Counted from the first letter of the stretch, positions 8,984 through 19,613 are shown. The stretch is 64,000 nucleotides of DNA from an uncultured Nitrospiraceae bacterium (GCA_963706325.1 CAVPLT010000007.1:32001-96000), one strand, 5' to 3'. The notes: a model not told the origin generated them from the letters alone. A program made the numbers and translations.

Positions 8984-10467
8984 CAGTGGCCCGGCTCCAA
9001 TATTTTGAAAAATGCACCCGCCTTGGCGAGCGTTTCGTCATATTCACGGTCGGGGTCCGAATCCGCCACAATGCCGGCGCCCACCTGCAGGTATCCGCGG
9101 TTTTTGGTCAGGACCAGAGTACGAATCAAAATATTCAGATCCAGGTCGCCGCTCCAACTGAAGTATCCGAGCGCTCCAGTGTAGAGTCCACGTCGCACCG
9201 GCTCCAGCTCCTCGATAATTTCCATACAGCGGAGTTTTGGAACTCCCGTGATGGTACCGCCTGGAAACACAGCCCTCACGAGGTCGAACGGCGATCTGCC
9301 GGGCTGAAGAATGCCGGTCACGTCGGATACCAAATGGCTGACGTGAGAATATTGTTCGACGGTCATGAATTCATCGACCCGCACCGAGCCGTACCGGCAG
9401 ACTTTCCCCAGGTCGTTGCGTTCGAGATCCACCAACATCACATGTTCGGCGCGTTCCTTGGGGCTTGCAAGCAGCTCCACGCGCAGAAGGTTGTCTTGCT
9501 CTTGGCCTGTGCCTCTCGGCCGGGTTCCGGCGATGGGTCGGATGCTGGCCTGTGAGCCGCTCAGTCGTACGAGCCGTTCGGGTGAGCAGGAGACAAGGCT
9601 GACCTCATCCAATTGCATGAGCCCCGCAAACGGAGAGGGGTTCAGGCGGCGAAGGCGGCGATAGAGCTCAGCGGCGTAGCGGGCGGATTCCGGCTTCGAA
9701 GGCGCGTTCTCCGGATCAAGGATAAAGCGGTGTGACAGGTTGGCCTGATAGATGTCGCCCGCGGCGATGAACTCTTGGCACCGCTGAACGCGGGCCTTGT
9801 AGTCGGCGCGTGATTGGCTCGGGATAAAACTCGCACCTTCAGACCAACGCGAGGTAGTGCGGGGGGCGATCGGACTCGTCAAGCGTGCTTCCAATGCGGA
9901 CAATCGGTCGCAGCCTTCGCGATACAGTTTTTCACGAGGCTCGGCTTGGAAGCGTGACAGGGGCGGACAGTACATCAGGTACAAAAGGCGGGTTTGATGA
10001 TCAACGGCGGCCACGAGATCCAGAAAGATCATGTGCAGATCCGGAAGGCAAAGATCATCGAGGGCCAACGTGGGGAGTGATTCGAACGAGCGGACGAGAT
10101 CGTATCCAAGGTACCCGACGGCGCCCCCAAAAAATGGCGGCAGCCCATCTGGCTGTGCAATTGCCGAGTCTGCCAGCGCTTGTTGAAGCGCGTCAAAGGC
10201 CGAGCCGTGGTGGGTCTGGACCCGCCCGGCACTCTTCATCTGGTAGTCCGGGGCGCGACCTGACAAGGTGAGGTAGGGATCGTTTCCGAAAAATGAATAA
10301 CGAGCGGTAACGCTGGTGCCGTTGGCGCTTTCCAATAGAAATGAGGGATGGTCCGACCGCGACAGTCGTTGATACAACTCGAACACATCGAAGTTGGGTT
10401 GCGGTCGCACCACCACCAGTGGTTGCGGAGGTCCGCTGAGGAATGACCTGTTGGAGGAAGACGTCAT
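8983..10467 (-). CDS. Chorismate-binding enzyme, aminodeoxychorismate synthase component I / anthranilate synthase I family
   Basis: FLLES, GDIYQANLS, SPERL, PIAGTRPR, KERAEHVMLVDLERND, FPGGTITGVPK, GAGIVADS. Adjacency to a class IV aminotransferase favours PabB. Confidence 0.88.
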   Translation of the reverse strand: MTSSSNRSFLSGPPQPLVVVRPQPNFDVFELYQRLSRSDHPSFLLESANGTSVTARYSFFGNDPYLTLSGRAPDYQMKSAGRVQTHHGSAFDALQQALADSAIAQPDGLPPFFGGAVGYLGYDLVRSFESLPTLALDDLCLPDLHMIFLDLVAAVDHQTRLLYLMYCPPLSRFQAEPREKLYREGCDRLSALEARLTSPIAPRTTSRWSEGASFIPSQSRADYKARVQRCQEFIAAGDIYQANLSHRFILDPENAPSKPESARYAAELYRRLRRLNPSPFAGLMQLDEVSLVSCSPERLVRLSGSQASIRPIAGTRPRGTGQEQDNLLRVELLASPKERAEHVMLVDLERNDLGKVCRYGSVRVDEFMTVEQYSHVSHLVSDVTGILQPGRSPFDLVRAVFPGGTITGVPKLRCMEIIEELEPVRRGLYTGALGYFSWSGDLDLNILIRTLVLTKNRGYLQVGAGIVADSDPDREYDETLAKAGAFFKILEPGH

Positions 10468-10640
10468 GACCCTGGCTTCATGGGACGGGGTAACTGAGAC
10501 AAAGACTATACCGTATCGAGCGGATGGGTCATAGTCGGCCAACTTCTTGACAAGGCCCTAGCGAATTTGCTTGAATGGCGCGCCCGCCGATGGGTGCACC
10601 CTCTCACATTGTGCTGAAGGGTGCCGCGCGTGAGCATGTG

Positions 10641-10859
10641 ATGCCCCCCTCTCAGGATCCGTTATATGCGGGGCTCGGACAGGCTGTCCGGATTGGGACG
10701 GAACTGCTCGCTGCGTTGATTGTCGGGGGAGGCCTGGGCTGGGTCGTCGATACGTATATGCTCGATTCCAATCCATGGGGAATGGTAATGGGATTGGTGT
10801 TGGGGTCTGCGGCCGGTGTTCGGAGTGCCTATCGGTCGGCCCAACGATGGCAGAGTTAA
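10641..10859 (+). CDS. AtpZ/AtpI family protein
   Basis: Two TM helices, GGGLGWVVD...PWG motif; first gene of the Fo cluster; start approximate. Confidence 0.85.
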   Translation: MPPSQDPLYAGLGQAVRIGTELLAALIVGGGLGWVVDTYMLDSNPWGMVMGLVLGSAAGVRSAYRSAQRWQS

Positions 10860-10889
10860 CCGGAATCGAATGAGCGAAAAAGGATCATC

Positions 10890-11639
10890 GTGGAAGAAAG
10901 TCCCCTACATGCCTTTGAACTGCATGAGCTGATCCCGCTGGTTCCGGCCGGGATCGATATTTCAATCAACAAAGCCGTCATCCTGATGTGGGTGGTAGTA
11001 GGGTTGGTGTCGTTGCTCATGATCTCCGCGGCATCGGCTCGCAAATTAGTCCCCGGGAAATTGCAGAACGTAGCGGAACTGATCGTCGAGTTCATTCGTG
11101 GGATCATTTTGGATACGATGGGCGAGCCGGGCATGAAATATTTTCCGCTCATCGGCACGTTGTTCCTCTTTATTCTCTTTGCCAATCTCATTGGTTTGAT
11201 TCCCGGATCGTATACCGTCACGAGTCAAATTATTGTGACCGCGGTGTTTGCCGTCGGGGTGTATGGGTTGAGTCTGGTGTTGGGGTTTTCTCTGCATGGA
11301 ATGAAGTTTCTTGGTATTCTTGTGCCGCCTGGAACACCAGGTTGGCTCCTGCCGTTGATGATCCCCATCGAATTGATCAGCCAACTGGCACGACCCATCT
11401 CGCTGGCCGTGCGATTGTTTGCGAATATGACCGCGGGCCATGTCATCCTCGGTGTGTTGTTCGGATTGGCGATCAGCGGCGGGTTACTCATTGGATGGCT
11501 GCCGTTTGCCTTTACGATTGCGATGAATGGACTCGAAGTCGGTATCGCATTTATCCAAGCCTATATATTTACCGTGCTCAGCTGTGTGTATCTAGGGGAT
11601 GCGGTTACCCTGCACGGTCACAGCGAGCACGCACACTAA
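10890..11639 (+). CDS. atpB: Fo ATP synthase subunit a
   Basis: RPISLAVRLFANMTAGH and IQAYIF motifs. Confidence 0.96.
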   Translation: MEESPLHAFELHELIPLVPAGIDISINKAVILMWVVVGLVSLLMISAASARKLVPGKLQNVAELIVEFIRGIILDTMGEPGMKYFPLIGTLFLFILFANLIGLIPGSYTVTSQIIVTAVFAVGVYGLSLVLGFSLHGMKFLGILVPPGTPGWLLPLMIPIELISQLARPISLAVRLFANMTAGHVILGVLFGLAISGGLLIGWLPFAFTIAMNGLEVGIAFIQAYIFTVLSCVYLGDAVTLHGHSEHAH

Positions 11640-11674
11640 GTTGCAATGTCTACATAAGGGAGGAAGGACACACA

Positions 11675-11905
11675 ATGGATGCAGCAGCAGCAGCGTTGGT
11701 CGGCATGGGGTTGGCGGCGGCGGGATTCGCCGGAGCCGGTGTGGGAATCGGGTACATTTTCGGAAAAATGATCGAAGCCGTGGCTCGGCAACCGGAAGCG
11801 GAAGGTCGCGTCGGCAAGTACATGTGGATCGGATTCGCGTTGGTCGAGGCGATCGCTCTGTACGGGCTGGTCATTGCGTTCATCATTATGGGATTGCGCA
11901 AGTAA
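11675..11905 (+). CDS. atpE: Fo ATP synthase subunit c
   Basis: MDAAAAALVGMG...GAGVGIG...ARQPE...FALVEA; SD GGAGGAAGGA. The long upstream extension in the ORF track is spurious. Confidence 0.96.
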   Translation: MDAAAAALVGMGLAAAGFAGAGVGIGYIFGKMIEAVARQPEAEGRVGKYMWIGFALVEAIALYGLVIAFIIMGLRK

Positions 11906-11980
11906 GCGCACTCATCGGCGAGCCCCGGCGAGGGGACTATTCCCGGTTCAGAACCCTCAACTCATTTGGGTACATAGACT

Positions 11981-12493
11981 ATGCCTCAATTTGAATCACA
12001 TTTCTTTTCGTCGCTGATATTCTGGGAGTTGCTCTCCTTCGGGATCTTATTCTTTTTGCTTTACAAGTATGCCTTCCCAAGCTTGTTGGGCATGCTGGAA
12101 GAGCGTGAGAAAAAGATCAAAGACAGCCTCGATCAGGCCGAACGGCATCGCTCCGAAGCGGAACGCAAGCTGAGAGAATACGAAGCCAAGCTAGCGACGG
12201 CCGCCAAAGACTCTGAGGCGCTGCTGGCGCAGGCAAAAGAGCGGGCTCAGCGATTGATGGAAGAGAACGAGCAGCGCATGACGGTGGATGCCGAACGGAT
12301 CAAGGGCGATGCGACCCGTGAGATCGATCAGGAACGCCGGAAAGCGATTCAAGACATTCGATCGCAGACGACGGATCTGGCATTGATGGTGGCGGAAAAA
12401 GTCGTGGGACGAGCCCTCACGGAAGCGGATCATCGGCGCCTGGCAGACGAAGCCCTGGACGCCCTCTCTAAGACCTACCAAAGCCGAAACTAG
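11981..12493 (+). CDS. atpF: Fo ATP synthase subunit b
   Basis: MPQF start, N-terminal TM, LEEREKKI, long coiled coil. Confidence 0.93.
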   Translation: MPQFESHFFSSLIFWELLSFGILFFLLYKYAFPSLLGMLEEREKKIKDSLDQAERHRSEAERKLREYEAKLATAAKDSEALLAQAKERAQRLMEENEQRMTVDAERIKGDATREIDQERRKAIQDIRSQTTDLALMVAEKVVGRALTEADHRRLADEALDALSKTYQSRN

Positions 12494-12497
12494 CCGG

Positions 12498-13319
12498 CTA
12501 TGCCGGGGGGGCGAGACTGACGCCTCCCTGGCGGTATCCTTCCAAATCCAGAGTGACGAATCGATAGCCAGCTTGTTTCAGGGCAGAGACTAACCGGTCA
12601 CGCCGACCGGGTCGCAGCAACTCCGGCAGCTCTTCCAGTGCCAGTTCAATCCTAGCAATATCTCCATGATCGCGCACGCGATATTGGCGGAACCCTTCCT
12701 GCGCCAACACTGCTTCTGCGCGCTCGACGCGGGACAATATGCCCCTCGTGATGGTGATCCCGCGTGGCACACGCGATGAGAGGCATGCTGCCGCCGGCTT
12801 CTCCCAATTGGATAGACCTATCTCCCTCGCCACCTCACGGATATCGGCCTTTGAAAATTCGGCCTCAAGTAACGGGCTGCGCACGCCCCATTCCCGAGCG
12901 GCCTTCAGGCCCGGGCGGTCGTCTCCTAAATCGTCTACGTTCGTCCCGTCCACAATGGTGCTTGCCGCATATTCGCCCCGGAGCTTGCTCAAAACAGAAT
13001 ATAAGTCCGTCTTGCAGTGATAACAGCGAGTCGAATCATTGCGAACAAAATCTGGAATCTCCAATTGGTCGGTTTCAATGATGCGGTGGTCGGCGCCGAT
13101 CTCCGCGGCAATACGTCGAGTCATGTCAAGTTCAGCGGCGGGAAACGTGGGAGAGACGGCGGTAACTCCGATGGCTCGCGTCCCCAGTTCGTCGTGGGCC
13201 AATTTAAGGACCAGCGAACTGTCGATGCCGCCGGAAAAGGCGACGACGACCGACCCCATCTCTCGAAGGATGCGCCGCGCCCGAGAAAGTTTATCGATCA
13301 GTGGAGTTGTGGAAAGCAT
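12498..13319 (-). CDS. larE: LarE-family ATP-dependent sulfur transferase (PP-loop)
   Basis: AFSGGIDS, RCYHCK, DGTNVDD, DRPG, ACLSSR, RVRDHG, VTLDLEGYRQG. Confidence 0.88.
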   Translation of the reverse strand: MLSTTPLIDKLSRARRILREMGSVVVAFSGGIDSSLVLKLAHDELGTRAIGVTAVSPTFPAAELDMTRRIAAEIGADHRIIETDQLEIPDFVRNDSTRCYHCKTDLYSVLSKLRGEYAASTIVDGTNVDDLGDDRPGLKAAREWGVRSPLLEAEFSKADIREVAREIGLSNWEKPAAACLSSRVPRGITITRGILSRVERAEAVLAQEGFRQYRVRDHGDIARIELALEELPELLRPGRRDRLVSALKQAGYRFVTLDLEGYRQGGVSLAPPA

Positions 13320-13361
13320 GAGGACTTGGCCTGGTACGAATCGGCTGTTGGCCCGTCGCCG

Positions 13362-14744
13362 TTACTGTTTGACTTTGGCTTTGGCAATTGATCCGACAAC
13401 CACTAAGGCGTAATGCTGGGGATCGAGATATTGTTTGGCGACGCGCAGGACATCATCCTTGGTCACCTTCTCGATGGCTTTGGGATAGTGCGTGAAATAA
13501 TCCGAGCCGAGGTTATAGAACTCCACTTGAGCCAAGACGTTCGCCAGCTTCGCGCTGGAATCGACGCGCAGGGGAAAACTGCCGATGATAAACGACTTGG
13601 CTTCGCTGAGTTCTTGATCCGTGACCGGTGCGTCGCGAATCCCCTTTACTTCGGTCAGTACGCCGGTGATGGCCTGATTGGTGACGTCGGTTCTTGTCTG
13701 CAGATTGATGAAAAACGCGCCGGGCATCAATCGAGTATCGAAGTGACTCATGATGCCGTAGGCCAGTCCCTGCTTGTCCCGAATCGAATCCATGAGGCGC
13801 GATGAGAACCCTCCGGCGCCTAGGATGTAGTTCATCACCGTGACGGCATAGTAGTCTGGATTGGTTCGACTAATGCCCGTGTGCCCCAAGACGATGGTCG
13901 ATTGCGTCAAATCCCTCTCGATGAGCTGGACCATTTTGCGTTCAATCGGGGCCGGCTTCTTGAGCACGTACGGAGAAGAAGGCCCCTTTTTCCATGATCC
14001 AAAATGGTTCTGAACGAGGGTCGTTGCCTGTTCCTGAGTGAGGTCCCCCACAATGACGAGGATCGTCTGATTGGGCAAGTACTCTCTGGCATGAAATTGC
14101 TGAATGTCGGCTACCGTGATTTTGTTCAGCGTGTCTTCGGAGCCATGGGCCGGCCAGCTATAGGGATGGCCGTGAAAAATCAATTGATGGAAGGCCTTCA
14201 TGGCCACGTTGCCGGGATCGTCGTCATCGCTGACGATCTCGCCGAGGATCTGCGTGCGGACCCGCTCAACCTCTTGTTTGTGGAATGCCGGGTGCTGAAG
14301 CATGTCGGCCAGGAGCGCGAAGCCGAGGTCAGCGTCCTTCTTCAAAACGCGGGCGGAGGCGGTGGTGAAATCCTCTGCCGCGTGGGCTTCGAGCGAGCCA
14401 CCCACAAAATCAATCTGTTCGGCGATTTGCCGAGAGGTCCTGGTAACGGTACCCTCATCCAACAGACTGGCAGTGAGATTCGCCAGGCCGGCTTTATCCG
14501 GTGGGTCTTGAGCCGACCCCACTCTTACGAGCGCATGAATTTCCACTGTAGGAATAAAATGTTGTTCCAGGAACAAGACCGTGATGCCGTTTGTCGTGAC
14601 GGAACGGGTGGGGACAATATCTGCACCCAGCGCGGATGCGGCGGGAATGCAAAGGTTTATGCCGGCTACTCCCAGCAGGAGGACGCCTATGGAAGAGACG
14701 CCTTTGAGGCATTGTCGCAGGGACGTGTGGAGTGCTCGCGTCAT
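13362..14744 (-). CDS. M16 family peptidase, non-catalytic subunit
   Basis: M16 fold motifs (LGAGGFSSRL, GLAYG); HxxEH site replaced by ANLTAS. Confidence 0.88.
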   Translation of the reverse strand: MTRALHTSLRQCLKGVSSIGVLLLGVAGINLCIPAASALGADIVPTRSVTTNGITVLFLEQHFIPTVEIHALVRVGSAQDPPDKAGLANLTASLLDEGTVTRTSRQIAEQIDFVGGSLEAHAAEDFTTASARVLKKDADLGFALLADMLQHPAFHKQEVERVRTQILGEIVSDDDDPGNVAMKAFHQLIFHGHPYSWPAHGSEDTLNKITVADIQQFHAREYLPNQTILVIVGDLTQEQATTLVQNHFGSWKKGPSSPYVLKKPAPIERKMVQLIERDLTQSTIVLGHTGISRTNPDYYAVTVMNYILGAGGFSSRLMDSIRDKQGLAYGIMSHFDTRLMPGAFFINLQTRTDVTNQAITGVLTEVKGIRDAPVTDQELSEAKSFIIGSFPLRVDSSAKLANVLAQVEFYNLGSDYFTHYPKAIEKVTKDDVLRVAKQYLDPQHYALVVVGSIAKAKVKQ

Positions 14745-14757
14745 CTTGACCTACCCA

Positions 14758-16149
14758 CTAGTGGGACTGAATCGGTGAAGCAGCTTGTGCTTGCGGAGGT
14801 TGGGGAATTAAAGTTCCCGTCGTGCGCCCATCGGCGGTCAGATATTGGGCCGCGACACGCTGGACGTCCTGGGCCGTGACGGCGCGGGTGCGTTCTACGA
14901 ACTGGGTGACTTTGCGCCATCCTGCCCCGATCGTCTCGGCCTCTCCCAGCAGCATCGCTTGGCGGAAATTCGAGTCCTGCTCAAAAATATGCGCGGCTTC
15001 GATCTGATTTTTTGCGCGCTGAAGCTCCAACTCGCTCGGTGGCTCGGTTTGGAGTCGGTGAATTTCTTTGATGACTGCCTCTTCGACGGCCTCGACCTTC
15101 TCCCCGGGTTTGACGACGGCATAAAAGTAAAACAATCCGGGATCTGCCTGCATCAGTCCGTAATCCGCCCCCACTGCCAGCGCGGTTTTCTGCTCGTACA
15201 CGAGACTTTGGTAGAGCCGAGCACTCTTGCCGTGGGACAGAATAGATTCAAGTACATTCAAGGCATAGGAATCGTCGCTGACATAGTTGGGCACGCGGTA
15301 GCCCATCATCACGAAAGGCACTTGCGCTTCACGCTTCAACAGAAAGCGGCGTTCGCCGCGCTGTTGAGCCTCCGCGACCGTCAGTGGCTTGGGGGACGGA
15401 CCTTTGGGAATTGGCTCGAAAAGTTTGGCGATAGTCGGGAGCAGGGTGTCTGCTTTGATGTCGCCGACCACCAGTAGGGTGGCATTGTTCGGCGAATAAT
15501 AGGTGTCGTAGTGACGCTGGAGATCGTCAAGGTTCATCGCGTCGAGGTCGGAGAACCATCCGATTACCGGCCAGTGGTAGGGGTGACTCATGAAGGCCTG
15601 GGCGAACAAAGCTTCGACCAGCGCGCCTTGCGGATCATCCTCGTTACGAAGCCGCCGCTCTTCCTTGACGACTTCCCGCTCGGTCTTTAATTCGTTGGCG
15701 TCGAGGATTAGTCCCTGCATTCTGTCGGCTTCAAGTTCGAGCGCTAATGTGACGCGATCGGCGGCCAGGTTTTCAAAGTAGGCGGTAAAGTCTTGGCTGG
15801 TGAAGGCATTGTCCATGCCGCCGTTCTTGCGAATGAGGCGGGAGAAGGTGCCCTTAGGATACTTAGCCGTCCCTTTGAACATCATATGTTCAAGCATATG
15901 CGACAGTCCGGCCCTCCCCATCACCTCATTCCGTGAGCCAACTTTGTACCAGACTTGGACAGTCGCGACGGGGGCCTTCGGGGCTTCCACCAGAATGACC
16001 TTCATATCGTTTGAAAGTGTAAATTCTTTGGGCTCGATGGCGCCGGCTGCAGAAGCCTGGCAAATGGAAAGGGCGGGAATAAGGAGTGCAAAGGCTACCA
16101 AGGACCAGGCGGTGCGCATCGGATTGGAGGCTGTGCTCTGTCTAGGCAT
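14758..16149 (-). CDS. M16 family zinc peptidase, catalytic subunit (start uncertain)
   Basis: VWYKVGSRNE, HMLEHMMFKGT, NAFTSQDFT; signal peptide. Confidence 0.92.
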   Translation of the reverse strand: MPRQSTASNPMRTAWSLVAFALLIPALSICQASAAGAIEPKEFTLSNDMKVILVEAPKAPVATVQVWYKVGSRNEVMGRAGLSHMLEHMMFKGTAKYPKGTFSRLIRKNGGMDNAFTSQDFTAYFENLAADRVTLALELEADRMQGLILDANELKTEREVVKEERRLRNEDDPQGALVEALFAQAFMSHPYHWPVIGWFSDLDAMNLDDLQRHYDTYYSPNNATLLVVGDIKADTLLPTIAKLFEPIPKGPSPKPLTVAEAQQRGERRFLLKREAQVPFVMMGYRVPNYVSDDSYALNVLESILSHGKSARLYQSLVYEQKTALAVGADYGLMQADPGLFYFYAVVKPGEKVEAVEEAVIKEIHRLQTEPPSELELQRAKNQIEAAHIFEQDSNFRQAMLLGEAETIGAGWRKVTQFVERTRAVTAQDVQRVAAQYLTADGRTTGTLIPQPPQAQAASPIQSH

Positions 16150-16163
16150 GTACGAAGAACATG

Positions 16164-17252
16164 CTAACAACGGGTTTGAATCTGTGTCAAGGCAACTGCA
16201 GCCGGCGCTCCCTCAATGCGACCGAGTTGCCCGCAGGCGCCCAACACATCGCGGCCACGACTGCGGCGGAGGTATACGTCCACATGGCCCTTGCGCAGAG
16301 TGTTCTGGAAGATTTCGATCGCCGCATCCGAAGGGCGTCGATAGGGGCTGCCGGGAAATGGATTGAAGGCAATGAGGTTCACTTTGCACCGAAGCCCGCG
16401 GAGCAGCTTAATCAGACGCGTGGCATCGTCGACATGATCATTGACATCCGCAAGCAGGACATATTCGAAGGTCAGACGATCACGCTCTGACAGCGGATAC
16501 GCGCGACAAGCGGCAAGCAGGGCCTGCAAGGAATGAAGCCGGTTCGCGGCAGGCATGATTTGGTGGCGGAGTTCGTCGGTCGTTGCATTCAGGGAGATGG
16601 CCAGGTTCACTTTGAGGGGCGCCACGTCTTGAATCCGCGAGGCAAGTCCTGCCGTGGAGATGGTGATACGGCGCGTTGAAAACCCTAGGCCCCAGGTTTG
16701 ATTGGTGAGGCGTACGACGGCGTCGGCCACCGCGTCCAGATTGGCCAGTGGTTCGCCCATGCCCATAAATACGAGATTGGTCAATCGTTCGCCTTCGCCT
16801 AGGTGGTCTTGGGCAAGGAGAACTTGGTCGACGATCTCATGGGGGCGCAGGTTACGGCGAAGTCCGAGCGTGCCGGTCAGGCAAAAGCCGCAATCGAGGG
16901 TACAGCCCACCTGTGTTGAGAGGCATAGGGTCAGCCGGTCGGCGTCGGGGATCAGCACGCATTCCACTTGATTGCCGTCGGCCAACGTCAACACGAACTT
17001 CCTGGTGCCGTCCTGTGAGGTGAAGATTTGCACATCAGCAGTTCGCCCAACGATGCAGCAGGCGGTGAGATGCGCGCGCTCCCGCTGCGAAAGATTCGTC
17101 ATCTCGGCGAAGGTGTGGACGCGTTCCTGGTAAAGCCAGCGCAAGATTTGTTGCGCGCGAAAGGCCGGCCAGCCGAGTGGAGCGACGAACGCGGCCATCG
17201 CGTTTTCGGTCAACGTCAGGAGATTAGTCCGAGTGTCGGCAGACAGTCTCAT
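16164..17252 (-). CDS. rlmN: 23S rRNA m2A2503 / tRNA radical SAM methyltransferase
   Basis: CLSTQVGCTLDCGFC, FMGMGEPL, ISLNA, FEYVLL, KVNLI, ACGQL. Confidence 0.95.
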   Translation of the reverse strand: MRLSADTRTNLLTLTENAMAAFVAPLGWPAFRAQQILRWLYQERVHTFAEMTNLSQRERAHLTACCIVGRTADVQIFTSQDGTRKFVLTLADGNQVECVLIPDADRLTLCLSTQVGCTLDCGFCLTGTLGLRRNLRPHEIVDQVLLAQDHLGEGERLTNLVFMGMGEPLANLDAVADAVVRLTNQTWGLGFSTRRITISTAGLASRIQDVAPLKVNLAISLNATTDELRHQIMPAANRLHSLQALLAACRAYPLSERDRLTFEYVLLADVNDHVDDATRLIKLLRGLRCKVNLIAFNPFPGSPYRRPSDAAIEIFQNTLRKGHVDVYLRRSRGRDVLGACGQLGRIEGAPAAVALTQIQTRC

Positions 17253-17364
17253 AACCCGGAGCCTAGCACAGGGAAAAAACTTATGACAAGCAAAGCGAAC
17301 CTGGTCGCGTTTGCAGCGCGTTACGATATAATGGTGCCGGTTCACCCTCTGTCAGGACGAGATT

Positions 17365-19599
17365 GTGACCGCACTGTCTTCGCGAACCATCTTCGCGGCT
17401 CTCACAGCCTGGTTCCTATTGTCGTGGTTGCTGATCGCCACGGCAGAATTACCGCGCGCCCTCCCATTGACGCCAGCACCCTGTGTTTCCGCTGAAGACT
17501 GTTTCCGTTCGGCTGTCGCGATGAATGAGCGATCAGGCGTTCCGGCACAACGCGACCAGACGATGCTATTGAAAATCGAGCAGTTACGGGCGGTGATGGA
17601 TCTGTATCCCTCGACGGTCTGGGCGAAACGGGCCGGAGTGGTCCTTGGAGTCCTTTTGATCGAACGGGAGCCCGCCGAAGCCGTGAAACTGCTCCGTGGG
17701 GCCCAACCGGATATTCCAGTCTTGGACGATTATCTTCGCCTCTGGATCGGAGAATCCCTCCTCCGGCTGAACGAGCCTATCCAGGCTGCTGAATTGTTCG
17801 AAACAATCCCCAAGCTGGTGCCTGATTCTAACTTGATTACGAAGGCCGCGTACCGCACGGGAGAGGCCTGGTTTAACGCAAACGTCTGTTTTCGCGCCGT
17901 GGAATGGTTGGAGCGTGCGGTGACTCTAGGTGATAAGGATCCGGCCGCACCGCTCGCATTATCACATCAAGCTGAGTGCCATATCCGAGAGAACCGACTT
18001 CCGGCCGCGCGCGAGGCCCTGAAGCAGTTGTGGCTGCGGTATCCGCAGGCGCCAGAATCGCGCGAGGCGAAAGCGCGATTGGATACGGCCCTGGGCGGAG
18101 AGGTGTGGACGCCGACAGCTGAAGACCATGCTCTCCGTGCGCAAGCGTTCCTGACGCTAGCCATGCAAGGCGAGGCAGTCGAAGAACTGAGACGTTTTCT
18201 CGCGTTGAGCCCCGCGCATCCTCGACGATTTGATGCCCGGCTCAAGTTGGGTGTGGCCTATGTTCGCCTCAAGCAATATGACCTGGCTCGGGAGACCTTT
18301 CGCAGCCTGGTTGCTGATCGTGTGCAAGAATCCTCGGAAGCTACGGTCTGGTTAGCCCGAGTCTATCTTCGACAGAATCACGGCGACAGACTTATTGAGC
18401 TGGCTCGATCGGTAGCTCAGAGTTCCCTAGGGGGTGATCAACGGGCGATGGTGCATCTCTTTGCCGGGGTGTGGCTTGAGGACCAGGGGCGGTTCGATGA
18501 AGCGATGAGCATGTTTCGGCAGGTTGCGAAACTCGGTGAGTCGGCGAGCCAGCGTGCGGAAGGTCTGTGGCGCGCGGGGTGGTCCCAATATCGAACCGCT
18601 CGGTACCGAGAGTCAGCGGAGACATTTCGTGCCGTGGTCGACTTGCATGTGAACGGATTTGAGCCCCAAGCGATGTATTGGGCAGCGCGCGCAGATGAGC
18701 GCGAAAACAGCGCGGGAGCTGCCGAGCAATACGCGCGAGTCTGCCAGCGGTACGCCTATAGTTATTATTGCCAGCTGGCCGGGCGCCGTTTCGCTTTGCC
18801 ACCGGCCATTTCTATGGTTGCGACAGTGGAATCTCCGGCGGATGAGGACAGCGCGCGCTTGCCGGAAAATCGGCGTCCCGAAATCGAACGCCATGTGGTC
18901 TATCAACGGGGGATCGAACTCAAGACATTGGGATTTGTTCAGGATGCGGCCCGTGAACTGGGGTTCTTGACGGAACAATACAGCCGCGATCAGGACGTCC
19001 TGCTGGCCTTCTCCACGTTGCTTAGCGAAGTGGGGGCATACCATCCCGCATTACGCGTGGCCAAGGTGCATTTTAGGGAGAAGTTGGAACGAAGCGGGTT
19101 GTCGACGGCGCCAGCTCTGTGGACCGTCGCCTATCCCACAGGACTTGTTCCCACCATTGCGGCGCAAGGTGTGGTCGCGGTCGATCCTTACCTGGCCGCA
19201 GCGATCATCCGCGAGGAAAGCCAATATGACGAGAAGGCCCTCTCTGTAGTAGGCGCGGTGGGGCTGATGCAACTGATGCCCGTCACGGCGAATGCGGTGG
19301 CGCAGCGTCATGGCTTTCCGCCGGTGGGACGGGAAGAATTGTTTGATCGCGAGATCAATATTCGGCTTGGTGTGCGGTACCTCGGCCAGTTGCTCGACCA
19401 ATATAACGGTAACCTTGCGTATGCGGTGGCGGCTTACAACGCTGGACCGATGGCGGTCAACAATTGGATTGCGGTGCACCAGGGACGGGATCAAGACGAG
19501 TTCGTTGAGCTCATCCCTTATCAAGAAACGCGGTTATATGTGAAGCGAGTCTTGCGCAGTTACGGGGAATATCGGCGGCTTCATAACGGCACGTCCTAG
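17365..19599 (+). CDS. Soluble lytic transglycosylase with TPR repeats (Slt-like)
   Basis: Signal peptide, TPR region, AIIREES, GAVGLMQLMP, AAYNAG, IPYQETRLYVKRV. Confidence 0.9.
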   Translation: MTALSSRTIFAALTAWFLLSWLLIATAELPRALPLTPAPCVSAEDCFRSAVAMNERSGVPAQRDQTMLLKIEQLRAVMDLYPSTVWAKRAGVVLGVLLIEREPAEAVKLLRGAQPDIPVLDDYLRLWIGESLLRLNEPIQAAELFETIPKLVPDSNLITKAAYRTGEAWFNANVCFRAVEWLERAVTLGDKDPAAPLALSHQAECHIRENRLPAAREALKQLWLRYPQAPESREAKARLDTALGGEVWTPTAEDHALRAQAFLTLAMQGEAVEELRRFLALSPAHPRRFDARLKLGVAYVRLKQYDLARETFRSLVADRVQESSEATVWLARVYLRQNHGDRLIELARSVAQSSLGGDQRAMVHLFAGVWLEDQGRFDEAMSMFRQVAKLGESASQRAEGLWRAGWSQYRTARYRESAETFRAVVDLHVNGFEPQAMYWAARADERENSAGAAEQYARVCQRYAYSYYCQLAGRRFALPPAISMVATVESPADEDSARLPENRRPEIERHVVYQRGIELKTLGFVQDAARELGFLTEQYSRDQDVLLAFSTLLSEVGAYHPALRVAKVHFREKLERSGLSTAPALWTVAYPTGLVPTIAAQGVVAVDPYLAAAIIREESQYDEKALSVVGAVGLMQLMPVTANAVAQRHGFPPVGREELFDREINIRLGVRYLGQLLDQYNGNLAYAVAAYNAGPMAVNNWIAVHQGRDQDEFVELIPYQETRLYVKRVLRSYGEYRRLHNGTS

Positions 19600-19613
19600 T
19601 GGGAGTCGTTTTC

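Noticed and set aside
10988..11674. 305-aa ORF apparently fusing a long N-terminus to ATP synthase subunit c
   Set aside because: It is an alternative frame overlapping atpB; atpE has its own SD and ATG at 11675.
10641..12493. Fo genes without F1 genes as a novel system
   Set aside because: Split atp operons are common; the F1 genes are presumably elsewhere.
13362..14744. M16 peptidase lacking HxxEH as a pseudogene
   Set aside because: Catalytic/non-catalytic M16B heterodimer pairs are normal, and the ORF is intact.
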